From Eledone cirrhosa (Eukaryota), in NCBI GenBank assembly GCA_964016885.1, contig OZ024742.1, positions 326,740,001 to 326,804,000 on the forward strand: DNA of 64,000 nt, given 5' to 3'. Of the stretch, positions 38,331-49,818 are shown piece by piece (position 1 is the stretch's first letter; each line of letters begins with the position of its first letter). The position numbers were made by a program, and so were the translations under genes. The notes beneath the pieces were generated by a model, which saw nothing but the letters and a program-made list of their open reading frames with translations, did not search any database and was not told the DNA's origin.

Positions 38331-38383
38331 CTTGGAGCAGAAGATGAAGAATCTGAACTTGTCCTTCGTTTCCTGTATAAACC
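38331..38383 (-). CDS. KANK: Putative KANK exon (GLYRKRRTSSDSSSSAP)
   Basis: ttgcag / gtaaat; phase 0 start; basic/Ser-rich tail resembling the KANK C-terminus. Confidence 0.65.
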
Positions 38384-38496
38384 CTGCAATAACAACAGAA
38401 TAGATGAACAAATGCTTTTTATTGTCTTATTTGGAAACAAAATTTACAAATTGTTCCAACAACTTCCATCATGCAAACATGCAAACACAAACACAA

Positions 38497-38530
<34 letters not shown>

Positions 38531-38760
38531 GTCTGTGTGTTTTGTTTGCATATAAGTATGTATACGTACATACATATATGTATACAGACGTACAGTAGTA
38601 TGTATATATATATATACATACATGCACACATATATATATTACGTATGAGTTTACCTAACATTTATTATAATGCTCGGTGTGTTTGTAAATAAACATCCCG
38701 AATTCAGCCGTACAGTGTCTAGCAACCATCGTTGCTCATTTGTTCAACACTGACAAAGGA

Positions 38761-38803
38761 ACGCTGTACTAGTTTCAAGCTTATTAGCTATCATCAGCAA
38801 CGT
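38761..38803 (-). ncRNA. Type I hammerhead motif, array unit 1
   Basis: ACGTTG-CTGATGA-T-AGCT-aata-AGCT-T-GAAA-CTAG-TA-CAGCGT. Confidence 0.75.
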
Positions 38804-39172
38804 ATACCTTCCTGCCAGATGGTTGAACGTCTGAAAGTATATACTTTCCTTATGCATATTAACGGCTGAGCAGCCTAATTTGTATATCGAGTGAGTTAAT
38901 CGGCCGAGGTAACGAAAACGATAAACGGAAAAAATGAAACAAAATTTCATTTCTCACTCTTTACTTAAATATAAGTATGTATACATACATATATGTATAC
39001 AGACGTACAGTAGTATGTATATATATATACATACATGCACATATATATATATGTACGTATGGATTCACCGAACATTTATTATAATGCTCGGTGTGTTTGT
39101 AAACAAACATCCCGTATTAAGCCGTAGTGTCTAGCAACCATCGTTGCTCATTTGTTCAACACTGACAAAGGA

Positions 39173-39215
39173 ATGCTGTACTAGTTTCAAGCTTATTAGC
39201 TATCGTCAGCAACGT
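39173..39215 (-). ncRNA. Type I hammerhead motif, array unit 2
   Basis: ACGTTG-CTGACGA-TAGCTAATAAGCTT-GAAA-CTAG-TA-CAGCAT. Confidence 0.75.
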
Positions 39216-39603
39216 ATACCTTCCTGCCAGATGGTTAAACGTCTGAAAGTATATATTTTCCTTATGCATATTAACGGCTGAGCAGCCTAATTTGCATATC
39301 GAGTGAGTTAATCGGCTGGCGTACCGAAAACGATAAACGGAAAAAATGAAACAAAATTTCATTTCTCACTCTTAATACGGCTGTTACTTAAATATAAGTA
39401 TGTATACATACATACATATATGTATACAGACGTACAGTAGTATGTATATATATATACATACATGCACATATATATATATATGTACGTATGGATTCACCGA
39501 ACATTTATTATAATGCTTGGTGTGTTTGTAAACAAACATCCCGAATTAAGCCGTACAGTGTCTAGCAACCATCGTTGCTCATTTGTTCAACACTGACAAA
39601 GGA

Positions 39604-39646
39604 ATGCTGTACTAGTTTCAAGCTTATTAGCTATCGTCAGCAACGT
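39604..39646 (-). ncRNA. Type I hammerhead motif, array unit 3
   Basis: Same as unit 2. Confidence 0.75.
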
Positions 39647-40100
39647 ATACCTTCCTGCCAGATGGTTGAATGTCTGAAAGTATATACTTTCCTTATGCAT
39701 ATTAACGGCTGAGCAGCCTAATTTGCATACCGAGTGAGTTAATCGGTCGGGGTACCGAAAACGATAAACGGAAAAAATGAAACGAAATTTCATTTCTCAC
39801 TCTTAGTACGGCTGTTACTTAAATATAAGTATGTATACATACATACATATATGTATACAGATGTACAGTAGTACGTATACATGTACGTATACATGATACT
39901 GAAAATGCTGAGAGTGGTCAAGCGAACAGAGAATTGTACCAACAAAACTGACAAGTGTCCAGATCAGATCGGGTCAAATCTAACCATAATTATCACTATC
40001 ACCACTGTTTACTGTCTCGCATGGGTTAGATGAGCTGTCACGTTCTGAGGCTAAACAGGTCGGATGACCACATCTTGCACAATCATTCCAATTTGACATT

Positions 40101-40362
40101 GGTTTCTATGGTTGGATACCATTTCAAATGCCCACCACTTTACAGTGTGTACTGACAGCATGGTTTCTATGGCAGCATACCATTCCTAATGCCCACCACT
40201 TTACAGTGTGTACTGAGAGCATGGTTTCTATGGCAGGATACCATTCCTAATGTTAACCACTTTACAGTGTGTACTGAGAGCATGGTTTCTATGGCAGGAT
40301 ACCATTCCTAATGTTAATCACTTTACAGTGTGTACTGAGAGCAGGGTTTCTATGGTTGGATG
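40101..40362. repeat. 61-bp tandem repeat x ~4 derived from the RTE/SINE 3' tail
   Basis: ggtttctatgg at 40101, 40162, 40223, 40284, 40345; resembles tail ttctacagttggatgcccttcctaacaccaaccacatttacagtgtg. Confidence 0.85.
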
Positions 40363-40562
40363 CTATGATGATAAATATATGTGTATGTATATTTTTGTGT
40401 TTCTGTTTACATTTATGTCTGTTAGTGTTTATGTCTTGTAACTTAGCAGTTTGACAATAAAAAAGATTGGTAAAATAAGTACCAGTCTCAAAAAAAGAGA
40501 GTATTGGGGTCAATATGATCTAAATAAGTAAAATAATAAAAGGATTATTATACAATACTTAC

Positions 40563-40664
40563 AGGAGACACGGGCTGTTTTGAGAAGTTTACATGAGCAT
40601 AGAGTATAACACCAATATCTTTGTGGCCAGCTTCCATGGCGATAGCCAAAGCTGTCTGTCCATC
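40563..40664 (-). CDS. KANK: KANK ankyrin exon ([34 protein letters not shown])
   Basis: ttccag / gtaagt; matches the recalled KANK1 last ankyrin repeat [27 protein letters not shown]. Confidence 0.93.
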
Positions 40665-41320
40665 CTGGAATGTAGAAATATTATCATTTTATCAATCATG
40701 TTACATGTGTTTGTATATTTATATATATCTCCATCTGTAACTCTTTAAAATCTACCCAAACAAAGGTACACATAATGCATTTCTTATCTCAGTCATGTTG
40801 TTACAATAAGAAGTTTGCTTTCCAACTGCAAGATCTGGGTTCTAACCCTACATTTACCCCTGTAAATAGTTATTTCTCTAAAGTTATTCATTAATTTATG
40901 AAATCAAAAATTTCCCAGTTTGTATGATTGATTGTACATTGATCTGGTAATCCAGATATATATTGTATACGAACTTGGTCTCCAAAAATTAAAAAGTATA
41001 CGTGCATTGAAGTTTCTAACTCTCAGTTAAATTTCAATAAATATATCATCATCATCATTTTTTAACATCTATTTTCCATGCTAGCATGAGTTAGACCGGT
41101 TGTCCTGTTTGAGGCAAATCAAGTCAGGTGACCGTGACTTGCTCATACAGAACTGTTTCTAACTCAGTTTCTATGGCTGGATGCCCTTCCTAACACCAAC
41201 CACATTTACAGTGTGTGCTGTGTGCTTTTTGTCAGGACACCTATATGACCACTTTACAGTATGGACTGGGCACTTTTTGAAGTGACACCTACACAACCAC
41301 TTTACAATGTGGGCTGGATT

Positions 41321-41395
<75 letters not shown>

Positions 41396-41870
41396 ATATC
41401 ACTGTTTTACATCTATTTTCCAAGCTTGCATTGATTAGATGAATTGTCATGCTCTGAGGTTAGACAGGCAGGTAAGACAACTGTGTCTTGCTCATACATT
41501 CCATTTCAGCATGGTTTGTAAGGCTGGATACCGTTCTTAATGCCAACCACTTCATGGCATGTACTTGGTTTCTTTTCTCATGGTACCACCACCACATGAC
41601 AAAGTGGATTGGGTGTTATTTTCATGACCCAGCACAATCACTTTATAGAATGGGCTGAGTGCATTTTATTGTGGCACCAGCACTTTGGCCAGGCTGGGAG
41701 GACAGTGATAAGGGTTGGGAGTGGAGCAGAGCAGGGTTGGGCTGCCTGTTACTAAAACACTGCCAACATTAACAACATTAAAACCACTAACACCAACATT
41801 AAAAGCACTAACAACACTGACACCACCAAATTAATACCAACAACATTAACATCAACAATAACAAAAACTA

Positions 41871-42107
<237 letters not shown>

Positions 42108-42561
42108 TCATATAAATACATAAATGAATACATACACAAATCATCACCAATCATCATTTAACATCTGTTTTCTCTGCTAGCAAGAGTTGGACAGGTCTTC
42201 ATAGACCAAGTCGGTATTCAAGTGCAACTGCTAACATAACAGATGGGCCAGGAGTATGTGTCTCGCTTACATGGCAGCACACTATTGCATGCTTGAGCAG
42301 GCTGAGGGCCCACATTTCAATTACTATAAATATATCCCTGCTCCATCCACAACATTCCATTGTGGCACCAGTACTAAGGGGGGCTGTCATATCTTTGGCC
42401 CAAGCTGAAAGGTCCTCCCAATCTTTTGTTTGGCAGGGTTTCTATAGCTGAATGCCATTCTTATCCTGAACCACTTTACAGTGTGTGCTGGATGAGTAAC
42501 CGCTTAACAACTATTATCCATATTTGCATGGGTTAGATAGGTTGTAATGTTGTGCAGCTAA

Positions 42562-43012
42562 ACCAGGGGGTTGATAGCATGCTTCAAGGGGTCGATAAAC
42601 ACCAGGGGTCGATTGAACATTTGTGGTCGAATGCTGGCATTCATATAAAAAATAAAAATACATAAAATACAACTTGCTAATACACATTTTGAATCATCAT
42701 CTGTCTATCACAAAACTTCTCTGACACTAGGACAGTAGACAGTCTTTCCAATTTGTTTGCCTATATTTCATGAGACATATTCACATTGGGAAGGAATACA
42801 GAACAACAGTTTTGCAGGGTACAGTACACAGTTACCCATACTGATGTATATTGAAAGCAGGGTTTGGTATGCAGTTTCTTGCACTAATGTACATGTAAAC
42901 TGCATTTTTACTTTATAATTATTGCTGATTTATTTTTTGTACATGCCTGGGGTCGACGAGGGATCAAAGATTCCATGAAGGGGTTGATAGCCTAAATGGT
43001 TTGGGGACCCCA
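42562..43012. mobile_element. Possible hAT-type non-autonomous element
   Basis: CAGGGG start, repeated ggggtcga subterminal motifs at both ends, ggtttggggacccc end; no TSD verified. Confidence 0.35.
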
Positions 43013-43858
43013 ACCATCTTACTCAGGGTGTACCCCTGGGTCTCCTACCTGTTGTTTTTGCCCATAAAATCTGCCTAACAATTCATTAGAGATTCTAACC
43101 ACATATCCCTAGTATCAGAGCTGTGATCTTTCAATTCAGAGAAGTAACAGCTCTACCTGGAGTGACTCTTTGATCTCCAAGCTACACACTCTTTCGAGTA
43201 AATTTACACCAGAGACCTTTTGGAGGAACCCTTTTTTGGCCACTTGTATTGGCAATCGAAATACTTTCGGTCATTACCAAAAATTCATGACCATAAAGAA
43301 GGGCTAGCACAAATACCAAATTAAAGATAGCAAGTTTGGCTTTTGCACCTATCCCCCTTCTTCTGATTACCTAATGCTGAAGCTAGAGCATTACTGCACC
43401 AGCTCCTGCAATTTTTGCATTTAATCCAGTCACATGTCTTCCATCACTCATGGGCCTGAGATATTTGAACTTCTCCACCTGCTTCAGTTGAACTCCACTC
43501 ATATGAAAAATGCATTGAATAGGCTTCCTTGAGAGGACAAGTGTCTTAGTCTTCACAGCACAGATTTACATTTCTTCTGTGTAACATTCAGCAGCAAACC
43601 AATCAAATTCTTAAGTATTTTTTAAATGATTTGAAAATTATAGGCAGTGCTTTTCATTAAAAATATAATGAAATTGTTATCACACCTGTGAAATCTTTAC
43701 AAAATTTGAAGTAACAACATTTGTTAAGTTATGTTTCAAACCCCAGCTTAATAATAATAAACTTAGTTATATTACAAAATCCCACCAAATTCTTCATTTT
43801 CAAAATTTGAAAATCATACACAGTGTCTTTCATTAGAAATATGTTAAGAAAAGGGTTA

Positions 43859-44086
<228 letters not shown>

Positions 44087-45047
44087 TCAGAGAAAAGTAT
44101 ATAAATTAAAGAACATCAAAAACATTTTTGATACCAACCAAGCCAAAACTGGCTCTGGTTCTATGAAACAAAACCATCTATTTTAAATGATTCCTAAATT
44201 AGAATCTTCCAACATAATTTCTTATAAGAACAATATGTTAAGTTACAATTTTAGCGATCAAATAATTAAAAATCACTCAAAAGTCTTCATTAAATAATTG
44301 AAATACAGTGTATTTTATTAGAAATATAGTCATAAAAGGGTTAAGGATATTTTCCTGCTAAAGCAGTTGTTAGTTTTGCAGCTCTCATGATAAACTTCAT
44401 ACTAATTATAGAGTGTTTTTTGAGATAATGTTTTACAACTGATTGCCAACCCTATGGGTGGCATGAGTTGTTACAGACCAAGTCAGTACTTAATGGGAGT
44501 CACTGTCATTCTAGATCAAAGGTCACATTTCACTTATATATGCTCCAGTTTTGGCAATGTTTCAAATACTGGCTGCCCTACCTACTGCCAACCATATGGT
44601 TTCCTAGGAGCAATATATATAAGAAAATGGTTTATTAACTGTTGTGGAACTAACTTCTACCGAACTAATCCCATGGACTGAGTGTTCTACTACTATGCAT
44701 ATAACCTCCCAATGTTCTACCAGTGTTCTACATATATAGTGACTATTCTTCATAAAGGTATATTGATAACATATATCTATTATTTCTTCAAAATTACATT
44801 TTAAACTTAGCTCCATTTAAATGATTATTTATCTAGTTAATTTCTACAGACTAAGAAGAAATTTTAGGTAAATTTTATCTGACTGTTCTTCAAACTTATA
44901 ATTTTATTTATATATATATATATATATAAACGCAAAAGGCTATCAGAAAACCCAGTGATCAGAAAAGCTATCCAAGAGGAAGATCAAGTAGAGTCAGGGT
45001 AAAAATCCTATTCCAGGGTAAAAATCCAATGTAGGAATCCAATGAAT

Positions 45048-45102
<55 letters not shown>

Positions 45103-45128
45103 GTCTCAGACATGACACCCTTAATTTA

Positions 45129-45161
<33 letters not shown>

Positions 45162-45375
45162 TTATTAGGATTATAATTTCTTTATTTTTGTAATTATATG
45201 TTTATTGTTTATTATTTATTTATTCTTTATAATAATGGTGTCTAATTTAGGCACAACGTCAGCATTTATTTTTGGGGGGGTGGGGGTCAACTCAATTGTT
45301 TGCTCCAGAACAAATACCGTAAAGATTTAGTGCATTCTGTTTCACACTCAAAGAATTTCATCAATCTACCACCCT

Positions 45376-45572
45376 AATAATAATTGTTTCTACTTTAGGC
45401 ACAAGGCCAGCAATTATCCCAGTGTATTACTGGTACTTTATTTTATCAACCCCGTAAGGATGAAAGGCAAGGTTAACCTCGGCGGGATTTGAACTCAGAC
45501 CATAAAGGGCCGTAACTCTTTGCTGCAAAGCATGGCGTCCAACCTTCTACCGATACTGCCAATCCACCGCCC
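45376..45572 (-). mobile_element. Family A SINE, full length
   Basis: Head, B box, core, TAA tail. Confidence 0.88.
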
Positions 45573-45807
45573 TAATAATAATAATGACGATAATGATGAA
45601 TTTTTAAGTTGTTTCACAAACACAATTGAGAGCGTTCAATATATTGTGTAGAATGAATATAATAAATAGATATAGTACTACACCTCAATGACTTTCAGTT
45701 TCATGACATTTAGATTAGACATCTACTCATAACAAATCTATCTGAGGCATGCTCTATTTAGCATGAAAAGGTGATAAAATTTATTTACTGTATTGTTATA
45801 TATATAA

Positions 45808-46003
45808 AACGAAGGAGGTGCGGTAAGGAACCAGATGGACCATAACACTCCAGAGTACTCAATACTTAGGATAGTAGAGTGGGTAATAGGAAAATGTTTA
45901 ACCCCGACGGCAGAGCTCAAGCCGTTTCGACGGCTATTTCTGGACTCGGTCCAGAAACGTCGAAACGGCTTGAGCTCTGCCGTTGGGGTTAAACATTTTC
46001 CTA
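45808..46003. repeat. Second copy of the palindromic (TA)n-associated element
   Basis: Arms span 45887-46003; leader near-identical to 8090-8170. Confidence 0.8.
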
Positions 46004-46408
46004 CATATCATCATCATCATCATCATCATCAACGTTTAACGTCCGTGTTCCACGCTTGCATGGGTTTGGACGGGGGTAGTCCCACTTGAGGCAAGAGTGA
46101 TTGTCTTGCTCGCATAGGACTGTCTGGCAGGTTTTCTACAGTTGGATGCCCTTCCTAACACCAACCACATTTACAGTGTGGGTCTGGGAGGTTTTTACCG
46201 TGTTGCCTACACGGCCACATTACAGCGTGGACTGTGTGTTTTTTTGTCGTGACACCTACACGATCTCATTTGTTTCGGCCTCGAAGGCGCGGCACCAACA
46301 TAACTTTACATAGAACGGGGTGGTGTGGATCGGGTGGGGGTGGGGGTGGTGGGACGGGGTGTATTTTGTTAGAGATGCCTACTGGCTGGAGTAGGTTTTA
46401 CTATATAT

Positions 46409-49400
46409 TTAGGTAAGGCGGGTCTTCTCTGTTACTGAGTACCGCCAAAGGTCTCGGTCCAGTGACATTGTCTTGGAGAGGTGTAAGTGTGTGATGTCGG
46501 AGTTTATCAGCTCGTCCCAGGTTTTTCTAGGTCTGCCTATTCCGTGACTACCGTCTATCTTTATTGCCCTGCACTTTGTTATACAGCTATCGACTTTCAT
46601 GCGCATCACGTGTCCATACCAACGTAGCCTTCTCTCGAGTAAACAACATCTGATCCCTCTTATCTCTAATTTTTTCCTTAGTTCGTTTATGCTTTGCCGT
46701 TCACGTATATTACTGTTACACATCCAGCGGAGCATGCAAGCTTCGTTCCTCTCTAGTCTGCGTATATCCTCTGCACACAATGCCCAGGTCTCACTGCCAT
46801 GCAGCATTGCTGTTCGTATGCAGGCATCGTACAACCTGCCTTTCATTTTTAGTGAGAACCCTTTAGCAGCTAATAGTGGTATAAGCTCTCTGAACTTTTT
46901 CCAACCAGTTCTGACTCTAGCTACAGTACTTTCAGAGCACCCTCCCCCACTGCTGATTTTATCGCCCAGGTAACGGAAGCTGTCCACTATTTCTATAGAA
47001 CCCTCTGCGCAATTGAAAGAGCTAGTAGTTTGTGGGCACTTGCTGCTACTTATTGCACCAGAGCACCGGCCACATGTAAAATCTATGTTCTTAGTTAGCT
47101 TACCTGTGATCCCACTACATCTTTTATGCACCCATACTTTGCATTTAGGACATAAAATGGAGTTTCTACCTACGCCTTTCCTACACACCGAGCACGACCA
47201 TTTCCCAGAAGGGACAGCCGCCTTGTTTTCTTTCCTACAAACTAGTACTTTGGTCTTAGCCAGGTTAATTTTAAGTCCTTTTGACTCTAGGCCGTGCTTC
47301 CATGTTTGGAATTTCTTCTCTAGCTCGGCCATTGATTCCGCTATGAGTGTCAGGTCGTCTGCGTATAGGAGTTCCCATGGGCAGCCTGTCTTGAACTCCT
47401 CTGTTATAGCCTGAAGGGCAATAATAAATAGTAGTGGACTGAGAACAGAGCCCTGATGGACGCCAACTTTTACGCTAAACTCTTCACTATATTCGTTGTT
47501 AATTCTAACCTTGCTGACTGTTTCTTTATACATGGCTTGTATAGCCCTCACAAGCCATTCGTCAACGCCTAGTTTTCTAAGAGCCCACCAGATAATGGAG
47601 CGGGGGACTCTGTCGAAGGCTTTCTCCAAGTCGACAAAAGCTAAGTAGAGGGGTTTACCTTTAGCTAGGTACTTCTCCTGTAGTTGTCGTACTATGAAAA
47701 GAGCGTCTGTGGTACTTTTGCCTGACACAAACCCGAACTGCATTTCATCTAGGTCAATTCTCTCTCTGATTAGTTGCGCTATTACTCTTTCCGTGACCTT
47801 CATGACCTGGTCGATTAATTTAATGCCTCTATAGTTACTCCTATCTAGGGCGTCTCCTTTACCCTTATAACAGTTAACGATGATGCTGCTATGCCAGTCC
47901 TTCGGAACAACCCCATTCTGTACGACTTGGTTAACTATGCGGGTGACCATGGTGTGTCCCACCGTGCCAGATGCCTTCAGCATCTCAGCAACTATTTCCG
48001 AAGGCCCAGCCGCCTTACCAGTCTTCATATCCTTGATTGCCTTACTTATTATACTCCCCTCGACTAACACTGCTGGTCCCTCTATTGGGTCGATATGGGG
48101 GAGACTGCCTTTCTCCCAATTATTCTCCTCATTTAGAAGCCTTTCATAGTGACACTTCCAAGCTACCTTCTTATCAGCGTCGGTGATGGCAAGTGTGCCA
48201 TCGTCGTTTAGTACACACTTCTCCCCGACAATATCACGGTTTTCCTTGACGCATTGCCTAGCAATCCTGAACACCTCACGTTTTTGGTCATCGCGTTGTA
48301 GAACATGCTTGAACTTTCTTTCCTCAGCTTCCCTTCTTGCTAAGTACACTTGTCTCCTAGCTTCCCTCCTGGCCACTTGATAGTCCTCTCTACTTCCCCC
48401 ATCCCGCCATACTTTCCAAGCCTGCTTTTTGGCCTTAATTGACCCCTCCACCTTACTGTTCCACCACCATGTTACTCTCCTCCTGCCTACAGGCCTGCTC
48501 CAGCCACAGACCTCGTCTGTCGCCAACAGCAGGTTTGCTTTCAGAAATTCCCACTCTCCCTCTATATTGTCCGACTCTAAATGTTCTTCCTTACTGTCGA
48601 AAGCATCAAGTAATATGCTTTGAAATTTATTCCTGGCTGTGGGGTCCTTTAGCTTCCATATTTTCCTCCTGAGGATAGTCCTCTTCTGTTGTCGAGTACG
48701 TCTCGTCCTGACTATGAGGTCGCTAATTATCAGTCTATGTTGGGAGGTGCATTCTTCATGGGGGAGGGATTTAGTGTTAACAACAGACACTCTGTCACGT
48801 CTTCTGGTAAGGATATAATCTACCTGGCTTGTGTGTTCCCCGGATCTATAGGTGATCAGGTGATTGTCACGTTTTTTGAAGTTAGTGTTACAGATAGTTA
48901 GGTTATTTGCATCACAGAATTCCAGGATTCTGGAGCCTTCCTCATTTCTAGTACCAAACCCATAGCCTCCATGGATTTCGTCGTAGCCGTCACAATGTTG
49001 TCCAACGTGACCATTTAGGTCGCCTGCGATAATTATATAGTCACTGTCGGATATTTGGGAGGTAGTTAGCATCAGTGTCTCATAGAATCTGTCTTTTGTA
49101 GTGCCGGGCAGTCCGGATTGGGGTGCGTACGCAGATATTACTGTCACCGTAGTTCTATTGAGGACAAGTCGTATTTTAATTATTCTGTCGTTCACTCTAT
49201 TTACGTCTATTATCTTATCTGCCCACTTTTCTGCTACCATGATTCCTACTCCACCCAGCCCATCGTCGTTTCCCACCCAGAAAAGCTTATAACAACGTTT
49301 TTTACCCTCAATGAACCTAGCAGACCCACCCCTCCACCTGGTCTCTTGAATACAACAAACATCGACCTCCTTACGTTCAAGCATTTCTACAACCTCGTTA

Positions 49401-49579
49401 GCGCGACCCTTTAGGGTGCCTACATTTATGGTACCAACTCTGAAGTTTTGGATTGCGTTTGGGGGTTGGGGGCGGTGAGGGGCGGGGGGCGATGGGGTTA
49501 TGTTAGCCGTCCGCGGTCGAAACAATGAGGAGTGCTCGCATTCTCGTCCAAGGGGTGAATTTGTCTTTATCTTTGGCAT
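46409..49579 (-). CDS. RTE LINE ORF: AP endonuclease, reverse transcriptase, PHD-like zinc finger
   Basis: GTINVGTL, IQETRW, SAYAPQ, AGDLNGH, SQVDYIL, SQHRLI; QFGF, FVDLEKAFD, GVHQGSVLSP, LLYADD; CSVC..CPKC..WVHKRC..CGRC. No stops. Likely ATG 49579, though the frame is open to 49858. Confidence 0.93.
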   Translation of the reverse strand: MPKIKTNSPLGRECEHSSLFRPRTANITPSPPAPHRPQPPNAIQNFRVGTINVGTLKGRANEVVEMLERKEVDVCCIQETRWRGGSARFIEGKKRCYKLFWVGNDDGLGGVGIMVAEKWADKIIDVNRVNDRIIKIRLVLNRTTVTVISAYAPQSGLPGTTKDRFYETLMLTTSQISDSDYIIIAGDLNGHVGQHCDGYDEIHGGYGFGTRNEEGSRILEFCDANNLTICNTNFKKRDNHLITYRSGEHTSQVDYILTRRRDRVSVVNTKSLPHEECTSQHRLIISDLIVRTRRTRQQKRTILRRKIWKLKDPTARNKFQSILLDAFDSKEEHLESDNIEGEWEFLKANLLLATDEVCGWSRPVGRRRVTWWWNSKVEGSIKAKKQAWKVWRDGGSREDYQVARREARRQVYLARREAEERKFKHVLQRDDQKREVFRIARQCVKENRDIVGEKCVLNDDGTLAITDADKKVAWKCHYERLLNEENNWEKGSLPHIDPIEGPAVLVEGSIISKAIKDMKTGKAAGPSEIVAEMLKASGTVGHTMVTRIVNQVVQNGVVPKDWHSSIIVNCYKGKGDALDRSNYRGIKLIDQVMKVTERVIAQLIRERIDLDEMQFGFVSGKSTTDALFIVRQLQEKYLAKGKPLYLAFVDLEKAFDRVPRSIIWWALRKLGVDEWLVRAIQAMYKETVSKVRINNEYSEEFSVKVGVHQGSVLSPLLFIIALQAITEEFKTGCPWELLYADDLTLIAESMAELEKKFQTWKHGLESKGLKINLAKTKVLVCRKENKAAVPSGKWSCSVCRKGVGRNSILCPKCKVWVHKRCSGITGKLTKNIDFTCGRCSGAISSSKCPQTTSSFNCAEGSIEIVDSFRYLGDKISSGGGCSESTVARVRTGWKKFRELIPLLAAKGFSLKMKGRLYDACIRTAMLHGSETWALCAEDIRRLERNEACMLRWMCNSNIRERQSINELRKKLEIRGIRCCLLERRLRWYGHVMRMKVDSCITKCRAIKIDGSHGIGRPRKTWDELINSDITHLHLSKTMSLDRDLWRYSVTEKTRLT

Positions 49580-49710
49580 TGTCGCTGAGCGTCCAGATTT
49601 TTCTCTCTCACCTCCACTCTCCAGGATTCCGCAGTCCATCCATCCATCATATATCGTATATCGTATATCGAAAGGCAACCAGGCAAGCGATAGTATAGGC
49701 CTCTGGTTTC

Positions 49711-49775
49711 TGATTGGTCCGCGTAATAATACTGGTGATGCGTGGGGGCTCTGTTTTATGATTGGTCCACGTAAT
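49711..49775 (-). promoter_or_regulatory. Duplicated CCAAT-containing motif in RTE 5' UTR
   Basis: ATTACG(T/C)GGACCAATCA twice, 48 bp apart. Confidence 0.4.
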
Positions 49776-49818
49776 AGCAATGGTGGTGTGTGTGGGGGTG
49801 GGAGGGAGGGGTGTTGGG

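Larger units (their letters stand above)
38550..39880 (-). mobile_element. Tandem array of ~420-bp hammerhead-containing units (non-LTR retrozyme-like)
   Basis: Units start 38550, 38969, 39392, 39823 (partial); one hammerhead per full unit; many internal hairpins. Confidence 0.8.

Noticed and set aside
38744-39793. Three repeated 68-aa ORFs as a small gene family
   Set aside because: They only reflect the tandem unit, have no ATG start and no recognisable protein features; the RNA structure explains the unit better
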